From: Mobula birostris | Taxonomy: Eukaryota | Length of the DNA stretch: 64,000 nt | NCBI RefSeq assembly: GCF_030028105.1 | Contig: NC_092402.1 | Location: 62,669,110 to 62,733,109 of the forward strand | Direction of reading: 5' to 3' | Part shown: in pieces, positions 63,455 to 64,000 of the stretch | Layout of the letters: every line of letters begins with the position of its first letter | How positions within the stretch are numbered: the first letter of the stretch is position 1 | Program-made: the position numbers and the translations under genes | The notes under the pieces: generated by a model | What the model saw: the letters and a program-made list of their open reading frames with translations, nothing else | Told to the model about the DNA's origin: nothing | The model's database searches: none

Positions 63455-64000
63455 CATAGTCATAGTCATACTTTATTGATCCTGGGGGAAATTGGTTTTT
63501 GTTACAGTTGCTTCATAAATAATAAATAGTAATAGAACCATAAATAGTTAAATAGTAATATGTAAATTATGCCAGGAAATAAATCCAGGACCAGCCTGTT
63601 GGCTCAGGGTGTCTGACCCTCCAAGGGAGGAGTTGTAAAGTTTGATGGCCACAGGCAGGAATGACTTCCTATGACGCTCAATGCTGCATCTCGGTGGAAT
63701 GAGTCTCTGGCTGAATGTACTCCTGTGCCCACCCAGTACATTATGTAGTGGATGGGAGACATTGTCCAAGATGGCATGCAACTTAGACAGCATCCTCTTT
63801 TCAGACACCACCGTGAGAGAGTCCAGTTCCATCCCCACAACATCACTGGCCTTACGAATGAGTTTGTTGATTCTGTTGGTGTCTGCTACCCTCAGCCTGC
63901 TGCCCTAGCACACAACAGCAAACATGATAGCACTGGCCACCACAGACTCGTAGAACATCCTCAGCATCGTCTGGCAGATGTTAAAGGACCTCAGTCTCCT
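63455..64000 (-). mobile_element. Rex1/Babar-type LINE 3' end inserted into the Gypsy integrase
   Basis: LDNVSHPLH...SQRLIPPRC...KSFLPVAIKLYN; aataaa and (tatgac)n tail at 63455-63478. Confidence 0.8.

Overview
Eukaryotic, repeat-dominated non-coding DNA. The repeat content (CR1 LINEs with SGNH-esterase ORF1, Rex1/Babar-type LINE pieces, V-SINE/HE1-like and Deu-domain SINEs, Neptune-type Penelope-like elements) points to a cartilaginous fish, probably a ray (inference). No host protein-coding exon could be supported; almost all listed ORFs are TE fragments or noise. Main contents: (1) a nested, 5'-truncated 4.4 kb CR1 (6130-10495) and a second large CR1 (52360-54610); (2) a young 3.7 kb inverted Penelope-like composite (57983-61687, 11-bp TSD) encoding RT plus GIY-YIG, with a 91-bp-arm palindromic PLE insertion nested in it; (3) several minimal type I hammerhead ribozyme motifs in the PLE pseudo-LTRs; (4) a Gypsy integrase/PPT/LTR fragment, hAT and Tc1 MITEs, RTE-derived non-autonomous elements and LINE-derived minisatellites; (5) an unexplained, locally duplicated, multi-hairpin AT-rich element at 32590-34850 that abuts two odd-length N runs (139 and 140 nt). 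The last item is the most unexplained signal. Family names come from recalled motifs, not database searches.
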